Assembly (NCBI GenBank): GCA_002269645.1
Contig: NIVC01000884.1
Coordinates: 124,001-188,000 of the forward strand
Reading direction: 5' to 3'
DNA: 64,000 nucleotides
Source: Macrostomum lignano
Taxonomy: Eukaryota
Position numbers and translations under genes: made by a program. The notes below the pieces were generated by a model, which ran no database searches, was not told where the DNA came from, and was given only the letters and a program-made list of their open reading frames with translations. How positions within the stretch are numbered: position 1 is the first letter of the stretch; every line of letters begins with the position of its first letter. Below, piece after piece: positions 59,618 through 64,000 of the stretch.

Positions 59618-60840
59618 TTACAGCGCCTGGCTGACACAAAACAGCAGCATTGAGACGGCCAATAGTATGGCCCACCGCCACCAGCAGCTCCAAGGCGACT
59701 CGAGCTGCAAGCCTTCAACTGTGTTGGCTTTGGCCAGCATTGGCTGCAGATATCGTCCAGAAACCAATAGGTGAGCCAAGTCTGGCAGCATGAGGCCGGC
59801 ATTTCTCGAGTGGTGCATGAAAGAAGCCAGCCTACTGGCTCGCACAGCCGCAGATGCCGGGTCGAACAGGTAATGATCGGCGAATCCGCTGACCAGGTGC
59901 GACGCCGCTAAGCAGAACACAATTGACAACTTGACTCGATTGATAGCCGATTCGACATTGCACAGGTGCAATACTAGCGCGGCAACGATTAGCTCGCTAG
60001 CGTAAAAATACATATGATGCCTAATAAGACTGTACATTGGCGTCTTCTCGTTCAGGTACATTAAATAGCTCCACCAGGAGTAATAGTTGGGATAGATGTT
60101 GAGCAAAGTTAGACAGACGAAAGCTGGACGAAGTTTACTGAGGCCGTGGCGCATGACAATGCAGGTGAGGCTCTCGACAGCTTTGTAACATAGCAGCGCC
60201 TGTGATGATGATTTCATCATTAAATTATGCTTTGATTACAACAAGGGTGACCTTGGAGTGGCTTCAAATTCAAACACTTCATCATAAACTAGCAGTGCAA
60301 TCAGAAAACACTCGCTGTTTCTTAACCTATCCGTTCTATGTTGAAACTTGTTGTATGTGACACTTGGTGATTCACAATTATCTCGTTTATGGGAGATATA
60401 GCGATTCACAATATCCCCTTTATGGGAGATTTATCGATTCAAAAATTCCCCTTTATGGGAGATTTATCGATTCACAATATCCCCCTTTATGGGAGATTTA
60501 TCGATTCACAAAAGCCCTTTTTATTCATAAAATACACAAGCACTATAAGATTGCACACCTGCAGCACAATGAGGCAGTACATGGCCAATGTGCACCCATT
60601 GCTATTCCAGTAAACGCTGTGATAGGCATGGTGTCCAGGCGTCTCTCTCGATCCCACGCTGATCGTGTCCCAGCACTCGCACCCAGCACAAGTGGCAAAG
60701 TCAACTTCGGTTTTGGCGAATAAATGGCGAGTGGCAATGTGTTGAACAGCGGGGATGCCACATAGTAGAGTTATGGCTGTTGCCATGGCAACTAGGGTGG
60801 GGCCAGTGTGGCCTAGCGTGGCGGCAGCGAGTCCCAGCAT
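59618..60840 (-). CDS. Conserved uncharacterised multi-pass membrane protein, 2 exons
   Basis: Exons 60840-60559 and 60199-59618 (phase 0, GT-AG), 287 aa. Motifs IYPNYYSWWSY..Y.NE, HHMYF..SEL and RN.GLMLPDL.HL recall an invertebrate uncharacterised TM family. Confidence 0.8.
60385..60510. repeat. 33-bp intronic minisatellite
   Basis: ATGGGAGATTTATCGATTCACAATATCCCCTTT, about 3.5 units. Confidence 0.85.
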
Positions 60841-62429
60841 AAAGTTAAAGTTAAAGATCTACTTAAAAATGTAGAAAACAAAACATTACTATGTATAAAT
60901 TTAGCTAGAACAATCACCATATAGTTAATTTTAAGAGTTTTACTTCCATGGTCTACAAAGTCATATTCTTGATGAAAAATTAAGACTATTTCTAATCATA
61001 TTAAAGAGCATGGCATACTGATATCTTTATCTAGGTGTTTTGTGTCATAGTTATGCTAGGGGATAAAAGAATTTTTGCCATAATAAAAAAGACTATTATT
61101 CTATTTGGAATAAAGGTTTTTTAAAATAATAAAATATATTGTTAATGAAATAAAAGACAATTTTGGTAGAAATCTATGAAGCCATATTTTATTTTATTTT
61201 ATTTTTTGTAGTTTTGTTCAATGGAAAAATTTTACTTTTAGATGTTCTAGAAGATGTGAAATATACATGATAAAGATGACCAATTTTTATATAAAAAGTT
61301 GAACTTGATGAAATTAGAAAAACATGTCAAATAGTTGGCCCTTTATGCTACTTAATTTAAAAAGAAGTTATCAAATAAAAACAAGTAATAGCAACATAAA
61401 ATTATTTTGTGAAAACTTTTCTTTGTTTAAATAGTTTTTGGAGCCAGTTATTTGTAGAACTTTGTGTATAATATATGTATATTCAATATAAAATTTATAT
61501 ATAAAAGGGAATGCTAAAAACCATAGTTTCATAAAAAGTAGCATAAGTACAATATTTATTTTTAATCATTTCAAGCTATTTTCTTAGGCTCTATATACTT
61601 CTGAAATAAGCTTAAATATATTTTGGTATTTTTAGAGACCTAGAACAGGCCATACTAATATTAATAATAAAGATCTAACATTGGATCCTAATGCTAATGT
61701 ATTATGTATCTAGTATTAGTTTAGGCCTACCTATTGTTACTCAAATAGTTTCATTTTGATTCTACACCAGCAAGTATGAGTCAGCGTCATCAGCAACCAG
61801 CCTAAGTCAACAATACTGAGTAGAGACATGCCTGAATAAAAATTTGTAATTCTTTAGCAATTCTTTTAGCAAAATAAATAGTGTAAAATTATATACAGTG
61901 TAACTGAAATTATGAAATTTCAACAAGGAAAATGTTGCTAAAAATGAAGGAAACTCTCAGTTATTTTTTAGAGTCTCTCCGAGTTAATTATTAAGTAACA
62001 AATTATGAAACAACAGAATTTATTTCTAGGCGCGACATAACTATAATATTATATAATTTTATCATTTATTAAGAGATAGTTATACGATGAACAAGGTCAT
62101 TTCAGCAAAAGCGCTCATGCACATTATTTTAAGTCCCTAAGTTAAAAATTTGCTAACTGTACTTGTGTCAAAAAGAAAAAACGTTTCTGTTTAACAATAT
62201 AATCTGTGTATATTTATATTACTTAATAACAAACCAAAAGTTTACCTTAATCATATATTACCTATATTCATTGGATATTTTGTTTACAATCAGATATTCT
62301 TCGGATTTAGGCTTGTCACTTGTCAAGTTATCGCGGCATGCAATCGAAACAGTCACTCATATCTTTATCTTTTATAGTTAAATCTACAGGAATAATCCCC
62401 ATAACTTTTTCATAAAAATTTATGAAATT

Positions 62430-64000
62430 TCAACCTGCCAAGCTTAAAGGACGAATATAGTCTGACGCGGATAAGATTTTGGAAGCTCTGAAGGCTTTAT
62501 AGTCGCTGAGATCAACGAACTTTATGAGAGAAGATAATTCTGGCTAAGAAGCCAACGCCCAGATGAGTGTTTCTCAGACTGGTTCGTCTGCCTGAAAGAA
62601 TTGGCCACCAAGTGCAACTTGGGCAGATGTTGCGACAACTGCGCGAAATTCATGCTTCGGACAGGATCGTCACTGGCACGCGCGACACCAGCGTCGTCGA
62701 GAAGCTTCTTGAATGAATGAATGCCCTGAGAGGCAAATCGGCGTTCAGGGACGAGGTCCGCGACGAGAGCAGCGCAGCAAATCAACTCAACGAGTGACAC
62801 AATGCTCATTTTGCGGGAAGCAGCACGCTCCCACCAGACAGAATTGCCCAGCGTTCGGCAAAGAGTGTAAGAAGTGCGGGAGGAAGAATCACTTCGCGCA
62901 AGTTTGCAAGTCAACGACAGAAAGGACGAGCAAGCCGAAGAACTTCTCACAAGCACAAGGCAACACAATCGCCTCAGTGATCTCAACGGTTAACGATGCG
63001 CTTGAGAAGATTGAAGTGACAGTGATAACAGGAAAGGGCACATGTCGAATGCCGATGCGACCGGACACTGGTCCAGTATAGACGCGATCCCAGCAGCCGA
63101 GTTGCCAAAGCTGAAGATCAAAGCAAAAGAGCTGGCAATGTCTATGGTAGTACCCACATGAGTCGATGGAAGACCAATTGAGAACTTGGGAACTACAAAA
63201 GTACTTCTGAAACTGGGCGACAAAGTGCTAGAGAAGGAGATTCTTGTACTGCAGAAGAATATCTCTGGAGCAATTCTATCCCGACAGACCTGCAAGCAGT
63301 TCGCGCTGATCCCACAAGAATTCCCTCACTATATGCACATGCACCAGATAACCGGAAACAGCACACCAAGTCACGGTACCGATGCCGAGCAACTAATGTC
63401 CGAATACCCAGAGCTGTTCAAAGGTCAAGAGATGCACATGCCCTGAGAGGAATTCAAAATTAAACTAAAGACAATGACGAACCATTTGCCATCTCATGTC
63501 CAAGAAAGATCGCTGAACCCCTGAAGGACAAGCTGAAGGCCGAGTTGAACGAACTGGAGGAACAGGGCATTATTGAACGCATCACCGAGCCGACAGAGTG
63601 GTGCGCCCCAATTACAGTTTAAAATAAGAAGGAATACGGAAAGATCCGACTCATGCGTCGATTTGAGGAACCTCAACAAATACGTGGTGCGTGAACGCTA
63701 CATGAGCAGTATACCACTTGAAATCGTCTCGAGATTACCACCAGGAGCAAGATTATTTACGAAGGTTGACGCTCTCAAAGGCTACCATCAAATCCCACTC
63801 GCAAAAGAATCACAGAACCTGACTACATTCATAACACCCTTCGGAAATATAGGTACAAGCGCGCCCCATTCGGAATCAGCTCGATCTGCGAACACTACAA
63901 CAGAAGAATCGATGAAGCTCTCGAAGGTATGGAAAACGCCTACCATGTAGTGGACGACATTTTAATTGCTCACTCGGACAAAGGGAAGCACATGGAAGCT
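62430..64000 (+). mobile_element. Decayed Gypsy (Mag-like) LTR retrotransposon gag-pro-RT, running off the window edge
   Basis: Gag remnants (SQRPDECFSDWF..LKELA..C), double knuckle CSFCGKQH..CPAFGKECKKCGRKNHFAQVC, RT (VDLRNLNK, FTKVDALKGYHQIPL, TTFITPFG, APFG, VVDDILI). Many frameshifts and stops. Confidence 0.9.

Overview
Eukaryotic, intron-rich, very tandem-repeat-rich animal DNA. The gene style and repeat load resemble a free-living flatworm such as Macrostomum, but that is inference only. I found no rRNA, intact tRNA gene or CRISPR array. Most long ORFs in the supplied track are artefacts of minisatellites. Genes reconstructed by hand from GT-AG splice sites are: a 3-exon class A peptide-type GPCR (10358-13296 +); a RING/coiled-coil gene (14565-15323 -) and a broken RING paralogue; three signal peptide-PAN/apple-fibrinogen-C paralogues (one intact, two damaged); a 2-exon secreted prohormone ending in an allatostatin-C-like CLFHPISCY-GR peptide (25282-26062 +); a multi-exon CARMIL gene (about 56193-43139 -); and a 2-exon conserved multi-pass membrane protein (60840-59618 -). 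Mobile DNA comprises an internally deleted BEL/Pao LTR element plus two solo LTRs, all at the same GATGT phase of a 28-bp satellite; a deleted Ginger-type DNA transposon (TGT..ACA ends, CCGG TSD) inside a lectin exon; a probable 2.2-kb solo LTR; a Tc1/IS630-like MITE; two SINE families; and a decayed Gypsy element running off the right edge. Single-base indels in otherwise intact genes suggest assembly errors, which weakens some pseudogene calls.
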